This document shows, piece after piece, positions 27,461-46,445 of a stretch of 64,000 bases of DNA. The DNA lies in NCBI RefSeq assembly GCF_009914755.1, contig NC_060930.1. One strand, given 5' to 3'. The notes below the pieces were generated by a model. It was not told the DNA's origin, searched no databases, and saw nothing but the letters and a program-made list of their open reading frames with translations. How positions within the stretch are numbered: position 1 is the stretch's first letter; each line of letters starts with the position of its first letter. The stretch is from the human T2T-CHM13v2.0 reference genome, Homo sapiens. The position numbers and the translations under genes are program-made.

Positions 27461-27978
27461 TAGCCTGTGGTTTTTCTCTCTTCTCCAACTTCTCTATATT
27501 CTTTATGCAATAATTAATCCCTGGCGTCTGTATTATACCTTTCCATGTCAACATCAGTCTTGATTTTAAGAAACGATACAAAACTATAAAGTGTTAATGA
27601 TATTATAAAACTAGAAAAATTATTGTGTGGCTGGGTTGCTAATAAACAATATGGTTGAATGAGCATGTAGATATGTACACACTGTTAATTTCTACTAGTA
27701 GCCTGCCAAAAAAGTATGTTAAATTCTTTTTCTTTTTAAGATTGATCTAGAAACAGATGAGCAGATGAGCAGAAACTCCATTTAATGAATACAGATCGCA
27801 GCTGGTCCTTCTCCTGGGTTCTTATGTTAATCAGTAGCTTTCCCATTGGCTAGAAATCTCAAAATGGTTTCATCATCTTCTCTCTTCCTCATTCCACACA
27901 ACCAAATTTATTTTTGAAGGTTTCTCCTATCTCTTTCCTCCCTTGCATTTCTATTGGACACAACTTTTTTCAGCTTAA

Positions 27979-28087
27979 AGTGTGTTCTGTGGAACAGCAG
28001 CATCAGCATCACTTGGGAGCTTGTTAGAAATGCATAATCTCAGATTGCACCCTAGAGCTACCAAATCAAAATCTGCATTTTAACGAT
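27979..28087. mobile_element. MER5A-like hAT MITE fragment (followed by a MIR to ~28320)
   Basis: cagcagcatcagcatcacttgggagcttgttagaaatgca...aaatctgcattttaac. Confidence 0.75.
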
Positions 28088-28729
28088 GCATCCACTGTGA
28101 AGGCTAAGAAGAAAAGTGGATAAGAGCATCAGCCTGGGGTTGCTAGCTGAGTGACCATGGGCAGGTTACTCAACCTTTCCAAGCCCTGGATTCTTCATGT
28201 ATAAGATGTGGACAATAATGGTATGTAGCTCTGAGGGCTGTGCAAGGATTATATGAGATTATGCACATTGCCTGGTACACTGTATGCGCTCAACAAATGG
28301 TAGGTAAATGTATACACCTTTACTGTCATTGTGCTGGTTGAGGCATTATTTCCTGGCCCATTGTGATAACTTCCTATGATTTTCAGCCTCAGGCTCTTCC
28401 TGTTCTTTTCATCACACACTCTAGTGCCAGCTATTTCTAAGAGCACAGATCTGATTCTGATCCTGCACTCCTCAAAAAGTTTCAAGGCATCTCACTGCAT
28501 TTATAAACCAACTTCTTGGCATGGAATCCACAGCCCCCTACTTTCTGAGTACAGCCTGAGAAAGAAGGATATGGTGGAAACCAGGGAGGGCCTAAGAGTC
28601 AGGAGCTTCAAATTTTTGCCCTTGTTCTGGCAACAAAAAGCTTTTTGATTTTGAGTTATCACTTTACCCTCTTTGGGCTCCAGTTTCCAAATCTATAAAT
28701 TAAGTAGTTTAGTTAACAGTTTTTAAAAA

Positions 28730-29535
28730 AATATTTTCTTCTGTACAGGATGTGCAGGTTTGTTACATAGGTAAATGTGTGCCATGGCGGTTTGCTGCAC
28801 AGATCAATCCATCACCTAGGTATTAAGCCCAGCATCCATTAGCTATTCTTCCTGATGCCCTCACTCCCCTCAACCTGCTGACAGGCCTCAGTGTGTTTTG
28901 TTCTTCCCAATGTGTCCATGTGTTCTCACTGTTTAGCTCCCACTTATAAGTGAGAACATGCGGTGTTTGGTTTTCTGTTCCTGCATTTGTTTGCTGAGGA
29001 TAACAGTTTCTAGCTCCATCCATGTCCCTGCAAAGGACGTGATCTCATTATTTTTCATGGCTTCATAGTATTCCATGGTGTATATGTGCCACATTTTCTT
29101 TATCCAGTCTATCATTGATGGGCATTTGGGTTGATTCCATGTCTCTGCTATTGTGAACAGTGCTGCAGTGAACATACACATGCATGTATCTTCATAATAG
29201 AATGATTTATATTGCTTTGGGTATATACCCAGTAATGGGATTGCCGGGTCAAATGTTATTTCTGCTTCTAGGTCTTTGAGGAATCATCACACTGTCTTCC
29301 ACATGGTTGAACTAATGTACATTCCCACCAACAGTGTAAAAGTATTCCCTTTTCTCTGCAACCTCACTAGCATCTGTTGTTTCTTGACTTTTTAATAATT
29401 GCATTCTGACTGGCATGAGATGGTATCTCATTGTGGTTTTGATTTGCATTTCTTTAATGATCAGTTGAGCTTTTTTTCATATGTCTGTCTTGCCTGAATG
29501 TCTTCTTTTGAGAAGTGTCTGCTCATGTCCTTTGC
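28730..29535 (-). mobile_element. Older primate L1 (L1PA11-13-like) 3' end
   Basis: ORF 28933..29181 is the ORF2 C-terminus; 3' UTR contains atcacctaggtattaagcccagcatccattagc. Confidence 0.88.
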
Positions 29536-29639
29536 AAGGGTCTTACATCTAGTAATTGACCAGGGTGGAACTTAAACCAGGTCTACTGACACCAGGAATT
29601 CCAAAGCAGTCAACACAACATTGAAAATTGAGGAGAGGA

Positions 29640-29953
<314 letters not shown>

Positions 29954-31911
29954 GAAAATTGAGGAGAGGAATCTCATTCCTTATTTCTTATTCCTGGAAA
30001 TAATTTTGTCAATTGCTTTGGAACAGACTTACATATGGCATTTTAGATAGCTGTTATTAAAAGATGTCTAGTATATTTGCCTTGAATGTTTTTCAGAGAA
30101 CTAGCAAATGTATTCAGTTTTATAAATTAGGAAGAACAACACATTTAATAAGCTATAGGAACCACCTGTAGTCTCAGTAAAAATCATATAGTGTTTTAGA
30201 AATGCTTTTTTCCCCCACTTCTGATTAAAAGGCTACTTTATACTTTCAAATAGGTTTCTGATAGAAGAGAATACCTTTGAAGTAGTATCCCAGAATTACA
30301 CTCCCAGTGATGGTGTGGTGAGCCAGAGGTAGCTTTTTATCCTCAAGAAGCTCAAAGCTCTGTTTTCATAATGCAATGTTAAGTTTTTCTGTTGTTAAGG
30401 TAGCAAGTTCTTGTGGTTTTGCTGCTGCTGCAATACATTTAATTCAAAATTATTCCCATTTTTCTCAGTTCTTACATGAAAAAGGTAAACATTGTTTGTG
30501 AGATATTTAATCTATTTTGACCCTTTGATATGATTCACTTTTGTCTTTAAATTCAGACATTAATAGCAATGAAATCACTTAATGAAGAATCCTTTCATAA
30601 ACTGATGAGATGAGTACATTTAATCTTAGAAGAAAACGTACTGACAGTTATCGATACAGTTTTTTTCCCCTCAATTCTGTGATGTGCATTCCACGTGTGT
30701 TTCTGAGGGTATATCTATTAATGTGAATGTTGTGTTTTTACCTCCCAAAGCAGTTATTAAATTAATGGTATATTTTATGAATTATATTTTAGAATCAAGA
30801 AACCATTGTAGATTGTTCTCTGGGACACCTAATGGGTACAGTTGATCTACAGGAAGCATAGGAAACACTGGATTTTCAGTTCTTGAGATGAGGTAATGTC
30901 TTAGGCATTAAAAAAAATTATTCTCAGTGGAGCTCAGCACAGTGCCTTGGAGATAGAGTGTTCTGTAAATATGTGTTAAATGATGAATTTACAAACACAA
31001 GAAATCAAGATACCAATTAAGTATAGTTTTTTGAGTGGACTATAGCTACATCTCAACATTGCTAAAATGGCCAAATGGAAAAATCTGATGCTACCCCTGC
31101 TAAGGTAGAGTCATAAAGGAATTGTAACTGTAGGAAGTGTAGTGCTGTTCCTAACTTTAGGTGAGAGAGGAGGCGTTTTGTAGAATGAACTAAATTATTG
31201 GTGTAGAGAGCTGTCAACAAAAAACTGGGGGCAGTAAAAGAAAATATTGTTAATTTCTCTATTTTGCTTTGGGCTGATTCCATAGAGCTCTGTGAAGAGA
31301 ACGGATAATTAATGTCTGCCATTCTGACAAGAAATCCAAGTAAATTCTGAGTCAGGTATTTCTTTAAAATTTGACAACTTTTAGAGCATAATTATACAAT
31401 CTTGATTTACTCAGTAAACTTTTAAGTATTTGTTATAGCTATTAGCAACTGTATCAGTGTTCCACAAGGGAGGGACCATGGTTTGGTAGAAAGGACTCAG
31501 GGCTGGTTTCTAGCTGCTTTTTAGGTGTGGGTCTCTGGACACACAATGAACTGTGTTAAAAATAATTTGGTTTATTTGTGGCTCATTTTTCTCATCTTTA
31601 ACACTTGACAGTCTCTAAAGTATGTTTCAGATTCAATGTTCCATGACCCTGTGACATTATAACCCACAAAAAGCAGTAATTTCTGAGACATAATACAAGA
31701 ATCTAGGTTTCCGACAATTTGGTATGATAATGAGTGCCTTCAAACTACTGGCCATATTTAAGATACATTTTACTAATTCAGAAACATTTGCTCTTTGTTG
31801 AGGAGAAGCTATTTCTATTAAGAGAATATAAAATCCCTTATAGAAAATCTTAAAAGTAGAAGCTACAAGCCTGAGGTAAATTAATACATAAGCAATTTTT
31901 ACTCATTCATT

Positions 31912-31917
31912 TTTATT
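31912..31917 (-). promoter_or_regulatory. Candidate distal polyadenylation signal AATAAA
   Basis: tttatt on the + strand, with T/GT-rich sequence ~20-40 nt downstream on the minus strand. Confidence 0.45.
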
Positions 31918-33087
31918 AATTGAGATCAAAGTTTAAATGAGGCACCTAGAATTGAATAAGAATAGAATAAGGATACGATTATTATTTGACTGAGTGACAA
32001 ATACCCAAGTATCATTATTAACTTCATTTGAAAGTAAACATGTATACATATCATGGCCAAACATAGAAAACACACAAAGAATCTCTATCAAATCACCTCT
32101 GTAAATCTGCATATAAATATGCTTATGCATAGAAACGCTATATAAAGGGACAAAAATAAATTTATTAATCACCCTTTTTATTTTCTACTTTGATTAAATG
32201 CTAAATAAAGCTCCTTACAACTCTTAGTAAATATAATTTAAAATAATTCACTGGCCAATTATTTGAGGACTATTGGGACTGCTACTAGAAAAAGGTCTGT
32301 GGTTTAAAGCTAAGTCTTTAAAATCATAATATTTTTCTGTATTAAAAAAACAATGAAAGTAAGCAATTGCTCTTCAATTATCACATAATAAGATGTTTCT
32401 GACCCATTGTGCTGGGTCTTCAGAAGTCAATATTATTCACTGAGCCCGGACTGTTGCATCTTAGAAAAGTGAGAATGAAGACCCCTGAAACTGTGGCCAT
32501 GACACAGCTTCTTATTGACGTTTTATAGGAGCATCCAGCTGCATATGTAGGTCTCTAGACCTCAGCTATGGAAATAAAATGTTTCAGATGCTACCTGTCT
32601 CAGTGTGTAGTTCTCATGTGGTTTACAGAACCATTCATCCAGATATGCATTTAGATACTATCCAGTTCTGAAATGGTGCCTAAAAATTCTAGAGTAAAAT
32701 AAATAGGGTTAAAAATCACGTCTGGGTTGATTCAAATACAAGTTTATCCAAACACAATTGAAATATAAAAATGGAGATCAGATATAAAAATGGTTAACTC
32801 TTTTTCTAGAAGGGGCTGGTTGAAAATTGGTTTCAGATGTTTACGGAGAAAACAAATTTAATGTATTTAGATGAAGAAGGTGGGTTTACAGACTTTATCC
32901 ACAAGCAAAAATAACAATATTTGTCTTAGTGTAGAACACAGGCATTAAATGCATTGTTTCCTTTCCTAACTATATATAAGTCTAAAGAGGAAAGATAGAT
33001 ATAATGAATACCTATGAAAATTTAAGGGCTAATTACTTTTTGTACCTTAGAACAAACATGTATACTGTAACCAAAAGGGAATGTTTC

Positions 33088-33402
<315 letters not shown>

Positions 33403-34316
33403 AGGAATGTTTCCTAATTATGCTTAAAGTCCAGAAGTAAAGTATTATTATTAAAGTGCAGATGCCAGTTTCTACAGTTAGCAGGTGTGAGAACAAAGAT
33501 AATCCAAAATGATGCTTAAAACATCAACTCATTTCTATCAGACTTTAGTTCTCCTCTTGTAGGGCTACAGGAGAAAGCAAAAGAAACTCCAAGTTACTGG
33601 GTTCTCCAGTATGATAAGTAAAGGTTGTCAAGGTCGTGCAGTAGAAAAGAAACAGGCAGAGCTGAATGTTAGCTCAGCTCTTAGATAGCTGTTGCAGCAT
33701 TAGGCCTATCATTTCTCCTTTCTGAGCCTTAGCAAACAAAGGTAATAATACTTATTTCACAGGTTTGTTACATGTAATCTTACACATTGCATGTGTGCAA
33801 TAAATGGTAACTTATTCTAAAAGGTGGGGCTTAGTTGTTGAGGGTATTAGTATTGGACCATATAAAACTGACATTTTTTATAGATAAAAAATAGCCAAAT
33901 TTTAGACTTCACTCTAAGGTGATACCCTCCTAGGAACCTTGAGGAAACTGTTACAGTGAGGCCACAGTGTGGAGGGCAAGGTCAGGTTCCTTGGTGAGTT
34001 TTGAGTCAATGGTCATGGATGGCCATTTTCATTAGTGACTAGTTTATAATATGCTGAAATAATATACACCATCATGAAGCCTGGGTATCTCAGACTATCC
34101 CATTCCCTACCCACAATATAGATCAACATTTTACATCTTGCTAAAGTTAGCATATTAAGCTCATTGTATTTGCATGGTTACACTTCTCTTCCATGCTGCT
34201 AAGAGTCACAAGTACACAAGAAGAATGGGCATAAACATATCGGTACACCTGCCCTTTCTAATAATACCAGTAAGATAGACAATCATGTCTAGACTCATGG
34301 TGATCCATGTACTTTC

Positions 34317-34632
34317 CTAAAAGTGTGATTTCAGAGTGTTTCCCATATTGTTGATTTCCTTCTCAGTCGCTCTTCTTTGGATTTGAGGCAGACGTTTCTG
34401 GAAATTTCCACTCAGCAGGATGTAGAGAAAAGGGTTAATGCTGCTGCTGGCATAGCTGAGACAGATGGAGAGGTAATAACCCACATAGAAGGCCAGTGTG
34501 GGCTGTTCCATCTGTAAGTTCACCAGTTGTATCACATGATAAGGGGCAGCACTCAGGATAAAGACTACCACCAGCACCAGCACCATCTTTGTCAACTTCA
34601 TCACTCTCTGTTTTGGTACACTGGGATTGCAG
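34317..34632 (-). CDS. MCHR2: MCHR2 last coding exon (316 bp; TM6-TM7-C-tail, TAG stop)
   Basis: ctctgcag|C TGC AAT CCC... = [35 protein letters not shown]...[18 protein letters not shown]...NTLKSHF*. Has NPxxY and is in frame with the upstream exons. Confidence 0.97.
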
Positions 34633-35406
34633 CTGCAGAGGAAACATTCAGATAGACAGGGTATAAACAACCATAGAAATTATGGGGCAATGTGTTCCTA
34701 GAACCTTTTGGACAGTTCATAATGGCTTTGTAGTGAAATATGAAGCTCATTATTATATTCCTACTTACTTGGTGCATTGTGATATATTCTTTTTTATTCT
34801 TGTTGAAAACTTTCCAAAGTTTCCAAAGCTGGAACTTTTTTTCGTTGTTGTTAATTTTTTAAATTTTTTGTGGGTACATAGTAGGTGTATATATTTATGG
34901 GGTAAATGAGATGTTTTGATACAGGCATGCAATGTGTAATAATCACATCATGAAGAATTGGGTATCCATCCCTTGAAGCATTTATACTTTGTATTACGAA
35001 CAATCCAATTATACTCTTTTAGTTATTTTTAAAAGTACAATTATTATTGACTATAGTCACCTTGTTGTGCTATCAAATGCTAGGCCTTATTCATTCTTTT
35101 GAACTATTTTTTAATACCCATTAACCATCCTCACCTCACCCTCAGGCCCCTACTACCCTTTCCAGCCTCTGGTAACCATCTTTCTACTCTCTATGTCCAT
35201 GAGTAAAATTGTTTTGATTTTTAGATCCCACAAATGTGTGAGAACATGTGATGTTTGTCTTTCTGTGCCTGGTTTATTTCACTTAACATAATGACTTTCA
35301 GTTCCATCCATGTTCTTGCAATTGACAGTATCTCATTCTGTTTTATGGCTGAATAGTACTCCATTGTGTACACATATCACATTATTTTTATCTATTGATC
35401 TGTTGA

Positions 35407-35782
<376 letters not shown>

Positions 35783-38700
35783 CCCATTTGTCCATTTTTT
35801 GCTTTGGTTGCCCGTGCCTGTGGAGTAAGAAATTTTGCCCAGACCAATGTCCTGGAGATTTTCTCCAATATTTTCTGGTAGAAGTTTCATAGTTTGAAGT
35901 CTTAGATTTAAGTCTTTAATCCACTTTGATTTGATTTTTGTATATAATGAGAAATGGGGCTCTAGTTTCATTCTTCTGCATATGGACATCCAATTTTACC
36001 AGCATCATTTATTGAAGAGGCTGTCTTTTCCCCAGCGTATATGTTCTTGGCACCTTTGTTAAAAATGAATTCATTGTAGGTGTGTGAATTTGTTTCTGGG
36101 TTTTCTATTCTGTTTCATTGGTCTATGTCTCTGTTATTATGCCAGTACCAGGCTGTTTTGGTTACCATAGATCTGTAGTATTATTTGAAGTAAGGTAATA
36201 TGATTCCTCTAGTTTTATTCTTTTTGCTCAGGATATATTTGGCTATTCTGGGTCTGTTGTGGTTCCATATAAATTTTAAGATTTTTTTTTTCTATTTCTG
36301 TGAAGAATATCATTGGTATTTTGATAGACATTGCTTTGAATCCGTAGATTGCTTTGGGTAGTATGAACATTTTAACAATACTGATTTTTCCAAACAATGA
36401 ATGTGGAATATCTTTCCATTTTTTGGTGTCCTCTTCAATTTCTTTCATCAGTGTTTTATAGTTTTCATTATAGAGATCTTTCACTTCTTTGTTAAGTTTT
36501 TAGGTATTTAATTTTATTTGTGGCTATTATCAATGGGCTTACTTTTTTATTTCTTTTTCAGATTGTTGACTGTTGGCATATGGAAATGCTACTGATTTTT
36601 GTATGTTGATTTTGTATCCTGAAACTTTACCGAATTTGTTTATCAGTTCTAATAGTTTTTTTTGTGTGTGGAGTCTTTAGAGTTTTCCAAATATAAAATC
36701 ATGTCATCTGTAAACAAGGATAATTTGGCTTATTCCTTTCCAATTCGGATGTCCTTTATTTCTTTCTTTTGTCTGATTGCTCTAGCTAGGACCTCAGTAC
36801 TATGTTAAATAACAGTGGTGAAAGTGGGCATCCTTGTCATGTTCCAAATCTTAGAGGGAAGTCTTTTAGTTTTTTCCCCATTCAGTATGATGCTAGCTGG
36901 GTGTCTGTCATATATGGCTTTTATTATGTTGAGGTATGTTCCTCCTATAACTAGTTTTTTTAAGGTTTTTATCATAAAGAGATGTTGAATTTTATCAGAT
37001 GCTTTTTCAGCATTTGATATTTCTATTTATTATATTGAATTTAAATGATCATATGTTGATCATTTAAATGATCATTCTGTTGATATGATGTATTACATTG
37101 ATTAATTTACATACGTTGAATCATCCTGGCACCCCTGGGATAAATCCCACTTGGTCATGATGAATGAGATTTCTAATATATTATTGAATTTGGTTTGCTA
37201 ATCTTTTGTTGTGAATTTTTGCATGAATATTCATCAGAGAGATCTGCCTGTAGTTTTTTGTTGTGTCTTTGTCTGATTTTAGTATCACAGTAATACTGGT
37301 GTTGTAGAATGAGTTTGGAATTATTCCCTGCTCTTCCACATTTCAGAATAATTTGATTAGAATTTGTATTAGCTTTTTAAATGTTTAGCAGGATTCAATG
37401 AAGCCATTGGGTCCTGGGTTTTTGTTTCTTGGGAGACTTTTAATTATGGCTTTGATCTTGTTACTTGTTAGTGGTCTGTTCAGATTTTGGATTTCTTCCT
37501 GGTTCAATCTTGGTAGGTTATATATGTATAGGAATTTGTCCATTTCTTCTAGGTTTTCCAATTTAATGGCATACAGTTGCTCATGGTAGCCACTAATGAT
37601 CCTTTGAATTTCTGCAGTATCAGTTGTAAGGTCTACATTTCCATTTCCAAATTTATTTATTTAGATCTTCTGTCTTTTTCTCAGTTAGTCTGGCTAAAAG
37701 TTTGTCAATTTTGTTTAACTTTAAAAAAAATCAGATTTTTGTTTCACTGATCTCTTCTATTGTTTTCTTCATTTTAATTTCATTCATTTCTGCTGTGATC
37801 TTTATTGTTTCTTTCTTCTAATTTTGGGTTTGGTTTGCTCTTGCTTTTCTAGTTCTTTAAGGTACATTATTAGACTGTTTATTTGACATTTTTCATCTTT
37901 TTGATGTAGGCACTTACAGCTATAAACTTCCCATTTAGTACTGCTTTTGATGTATCCCATAGGTTTTGGTATGTTGTGTTTCCATTATCATTTGTTTCAA
38001 GAAATTTTTCAACTTCCTTAATTTCTTCTTTGACCCACTGGTCATTCAGGAGCATATTTTGTAATTTCCATGTGTTTGTATAGTTTCCAAAATTCCTCTT
38101 GTTATTGATTTACAGTTTTATTCTATTGTGGTCAGAGAAGATGTTTGGTATTATTTCAATTATTTGAATTTTTAAAGACTTGTTTTGTGACCTAACATAT
38201 GTTCTATCCTTGAGAATGATCCATGTGCTGAGGAAAATAATGTATATTCTGATGTCATTGGATGAGATGTCCTGTAAATATATATTAGATCCATTTGGTC
38301 TACAGTGCACATTAAGTCCAATGTTTCTTTGTCAATTTTCTGGCTGGAAGATTTGTTCAATGCTGAAAGTAAGTTATTGAAGTTTCCAGCTACTATTATA
38401 TTGGGGCCTATCTCTCTCTTTAATTCTAATAATATTTGCTTTATATATCTGGATACTCCAGTGTTGGGTGAATATATATTTTAAATTGTTATATCCTCTT
38501 GCTAAATTGACCCCTTTTTATCATTATATGGTGATCTTCTTTGTCTCTTGTTATAGTTTTCTAACTGAAATCTATTTTGTCTGATATGACTACTCCTGCT
38601 TTTTTTGGTTTCCATTGGTATGGTGTATGTTTTTCCATTCCTTTTTTTTCAGTCTATGTGTGTCTTTATAGTTGAAGTGTGTTTCTTGAAGGCAATAGAT

Positions 38701-39429
38701 CAACAGGTCTTGTTTTTTCATTCAGTCAGCCAGTCTTTGTCTTTTGATTGAAGAGTTTAGTCCATTTATATTCAATGTTATTATTGATAAGCAAGGACTT
38801 ACTCCTGCCATTTTAAAATTTGTTTTCTGGTTGTTTTGCGTTCTCTTCCTTCTTTCTTTCCTTCCTGTCTTCCTTTAGTGAAGGTGATTTTCTCTGGTAA
38901 TAGGATTTAGTTTATTGCTTTTTATTTTTTGTTTATCCATTGTATGTTTTCTGATTTGAGGTTGCCATAAGTCTTACAAATACTATCTTATAAGGCATTA
39001 TTTTAACCTGATAACAACTTAACACTGTTTACATAAACAAACAAGCAAAAAGAAAACCAGTAAAAACTCTACACCTTAACTTTGTCCCCCCAATTTTTAA
39101 CTTTTTGTTGTTTCAGTGTATATCTTATTGTATTATCTATGTCTTGAAAAGTTGTTGTAGTTATTATTTTTGTTTTTTTTGTTATTTTATTTTATTTTTT
39201 ATTTTTATTTTTTATTTTATTATTATTATACTTTAAGTTTTAGGGTACATGTGCACAATGTGCAGGTTAGTTACATATGTATACATGTGCCATGCTGGTG
39301 TGCTGCACCCATTAACTCGTCATTTAGCATTAGGTATATCTCCTAATGCTATCCCTTCCCCCTGCCCCCACCCCACAACAGTCCCCAGAGTGTGATGTTC
39401 CCCTTCCTGTGTCCATGTGTTCTCATTGT

Positions 39430-43272
<3,843 letters not shown>

Positions 43273-43320
43273 TTATTTTGCTCGTTAGTTGATGCAGTTT
43301 CTTCCTAGCCTTGACGGTCT

Positions 43321-44336
43321 TTACAATTTTGCATGATTTTGCAGTGGCTGGTACCGGTTGTTCCTTTCCATGTTTAGTGCTTCCTTCAGGAGCTCTTTTA
43401 GGGCAGGCCTGGTGGTGACAAAATCTCTCAGCATTTGCTTGTCTGTAAAGTATTTTATTTCTCCTTCACTTACGAAGCTTAGTTTGGCTGGATATGAAAT
43501 TCTGGGTTGAAAATTCTTTTCTTTAAGAATGTTGAATATTGGCCCTCACTTTCTCCTGGCTTGTAGAGTTTCTGCCGAGAGATCCGCTGTTAGTCTGATG
43601 GGCTTCCCTTTGTGGGTAACCCGACCTTTCTCTCTGGCTGCCCTTAACATTTTTTCCTTCATTTCAACTTTGGTGAATCTGACTATTATGTGTCTTGGAG
43701 TTGCTCTTCTCAAGGAGTATCTTTGTGGCGTTCTCTGTATTTCCTGAATCTGAATGTTGGCCTCCCTCACTAGATTGGGGAAGTTCTCCTGGATAATATC
43801 CTGCAGAGTGTTTTCCAACTTGGTTCCATTCTCCCTGTCACTTTCAGGTACACCAATCAGACGTAGATTTGGTCTTTTCACATAGTCCCATATTTCTTGG
43901 AGGCTTTGTTCGTTTCTTTTTATTCTTTTTTCTCTAAACTTCCTTTTTGCTTCATTTCATTCATTTCATCTTGTCACTGATACCCTTTCTTCCAATCGAT
44001 CGCCATCAGCTCCTGAGGCTTCTGCATTCTTCACGTAGTTTTTGAGCCTTGGCTCTCAGCTCCATCAGCTCCTTTAAGCACTTCTCTGTATTGGTTATTC
44101 TAGTTATGCATTCGTCTAAATTTTTTTTCAAAGTTTTTAACTTCTTTCCCTTTGGTTTGAATTTCCTCTTGTAGCTCAGAGCAGTTTGATCATCTGAAGA
44201 CTTCTTCTCTCAACTCGTCAAAGTCATTCTCCATCCAGCTTTGTTCCATTGCTGGTGAGGAGCTGTGTTCCTTTGGTGGAGGAGAGGCGCTCTGCTTTTT
44301 AGAGTTTCCAGTTTTTCTGCTCTGTTTTTTCCCCAT
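43321..44336 (-). pseudogene. L1 ORF1p, disrupted
   Basis: ATG GGG AAA AAA CAG start; 1016 bp is not a multiple of 3. Only fragment 43546..43881 (KRPNLRLIGVPE) is open. Confidence 0.9.
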
Positions 44337-45600
44337 CTTTGTGGTTTTATCTACTTTTGGTCTTTGATGATGGTGATGTACAGATGGGTTTTTGGTGTGG
44401 ATGTCCTGTTTGTTAGTTTTCCTTCTAACAGACAGGACCCTCAGCTGCAGGTCTGTTGGAGTTTGCTAGAGGTCCACTCCAGACCCTGTTTGCATGGGTA
44501 CCAGCAGCGGTGGCTGCAGAACACCGAATTTTCGTGAACCGCGAATGCTGCTGTCTGATTGTTCCCCTGGAAGTTTTGTCTCAGAGGAGTACCTGGCCAT
44601 GTGAGGTGTCAGTCTGCCCCTACTGGGGGGTGCCTCCCAGTTAGGCTGCTCGGGGGTCAGGGGTCAGGGACCCATTTGAGGAGCCAGTCTGCCCATTCTC
44701 AGATCTCCAGCTGTGTGCTGGGAGAACCACTGCTGTCTTCAAAGCTGTCAGACAGGGACATTTAAGTCTGCAGAGGTTACTGCTGTCTTTTTGTTTGTCT
44801 GTGCCCTGCCCCCAGAGGTGGAGCCTACAGTGGCAGGCAGGCCTCCTTGAGCTGTGGTGGGCTCCACCCAGTTCGAGCTTCCAGGCTGCTTTGTTTACCT
44901 AAGAAAGCCTGGGCAATGGCGGGCAACCCTCCCCCACCCTCGCTGCCGCCTTGCAGTTTGGTCTGACTGCTGTGCTAGCAATTAGCGAGACTCTGTGGGC
45001 GTAGGACCCCCTGAGCCATGTGCAGGATATAATCTCCTGGTGTGCCGTCTCCTAAGCCCGTCGGAAAAGCGCAGTATTAGGGTGGGAGTGACCCGATTTT
45101 CCAGGTGCCGTCTGTCACCCCTTTCTTTGACTAGGAAAGGGAACTCCCTGACCCCTTGCGCTTCCCAAGTGAGGCAATGCCTTGCCCTGCTTTGGTTCGC
45201 TCACGGTGCACTGCATCCACTGTCCTGCACCCACTGTCTGGCACTCCCTAGTGAGATGGACCCGGTACCTCAGATGGAAATGCAGAAATCACCCGTCTTC
45301 TGCGTCGCTCACGCTGGGAGCTGTAGACCGGAGCTGTTCCTATTCGGCCATCTTGGATCCTCCCTCCATGTCCTTTTATTTCTGATTGAAGTTCTCCCTT
45401 TAGAATTTCTTGTAAGACAGGTCTAGTGTTGATGAAATTCCTCAGCTTTAGTTCATCTGGGAAAGTCTTTATTTCTCCTTCATGTTTGAAGGGTATTTTT
45501 GCTGGATATACTATTCTAGGGTATAAGTTTTTTTCCTTTAGTGTTTAAATATGTTATGCCACTCTCTCCTGGCATGTAAGGTTCAAAGCTGGAACATTTT

Positions 45601-46445
45601 GAGAGACCAAATAAATAACAAAGCATTAAATTATGACTCAATGTGTGAAAGAAACATATCAGTCTATAGTAATATAAATAATATTGAATAAAATGAGGAG
45701 AGAAGAGCCAGACCTTTTTTACAGAAGCATTCCAAATAATATAGGGATTGTTACATAGATACTCCCCTTTCAGCAGATGGAGCTTAATTCCCATCTTCCT
45801 GCTTCCCCTTTGAAGGTAGGCTATGTTAGTGACTCATTTCCAAAGAACAGAATAGTGAAAGGGATAAATAGTAGTTTCATGGTGGAGAAACCTAGCAAAT
45901 ACCACCTTAACCAGGTAATCAAGGCTAGTATCAACAGTGATGTAACGTGGCTATCATGTGACCCCTGATATACTGTGATGAGAAGAGTTGATTTTTTTAA
46001 ATAAAAACATGTAAGTACAGTCTAATCATGATACAATATCAGGCGAACTCGTATTGGGAATGTTCTACAGGATACCTGGCCAGTGCTCAAGACTATGAAG
46101 GTCATGAAAAATAAGGAAAGAGTGAGAAACTCACAGATCAGAGGACACTGGGAAGACATGATAACTAAATCCAATGTGCTATTCTGGATTGAATCTGGAA
46201 CAGATTTAGGACTTTAATGGAAAAACTAGTGAAGTCCAGTAAAGAATGGAATTTAGTTAACAGTAATGTACTGCAATTTTCTTTGTTTTGACAAATATCC
46301 TAGGTAATGTAAGATGTTAACAATGGGAAAACTGAGTGAGGGGTATTTGGGAACCCTCTGTACTGTCTCTGTACTATCTGTACTATATCTCTACTATCTA
46401 CTTTTTTAGAAATGCAAATTATTTTAAAATAAAACATATTTTAAA
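45601..46445 (+). mobile_element. L1MC/MD-type 3' end
   Basis: ccaccttaaccaggtaatcaagg...gttaacaatgggaaaactgagtgaggggtat...gggaaccctctgtact. Confidence 0.65.

Noticed and set aside
34633-34670. N-terminal extension [13 protein letters not shown] of ORF 34317..34670 (and likewise 56520-56590)
   Set aside because: Intronic read-through upstream of the true splice acceptors.
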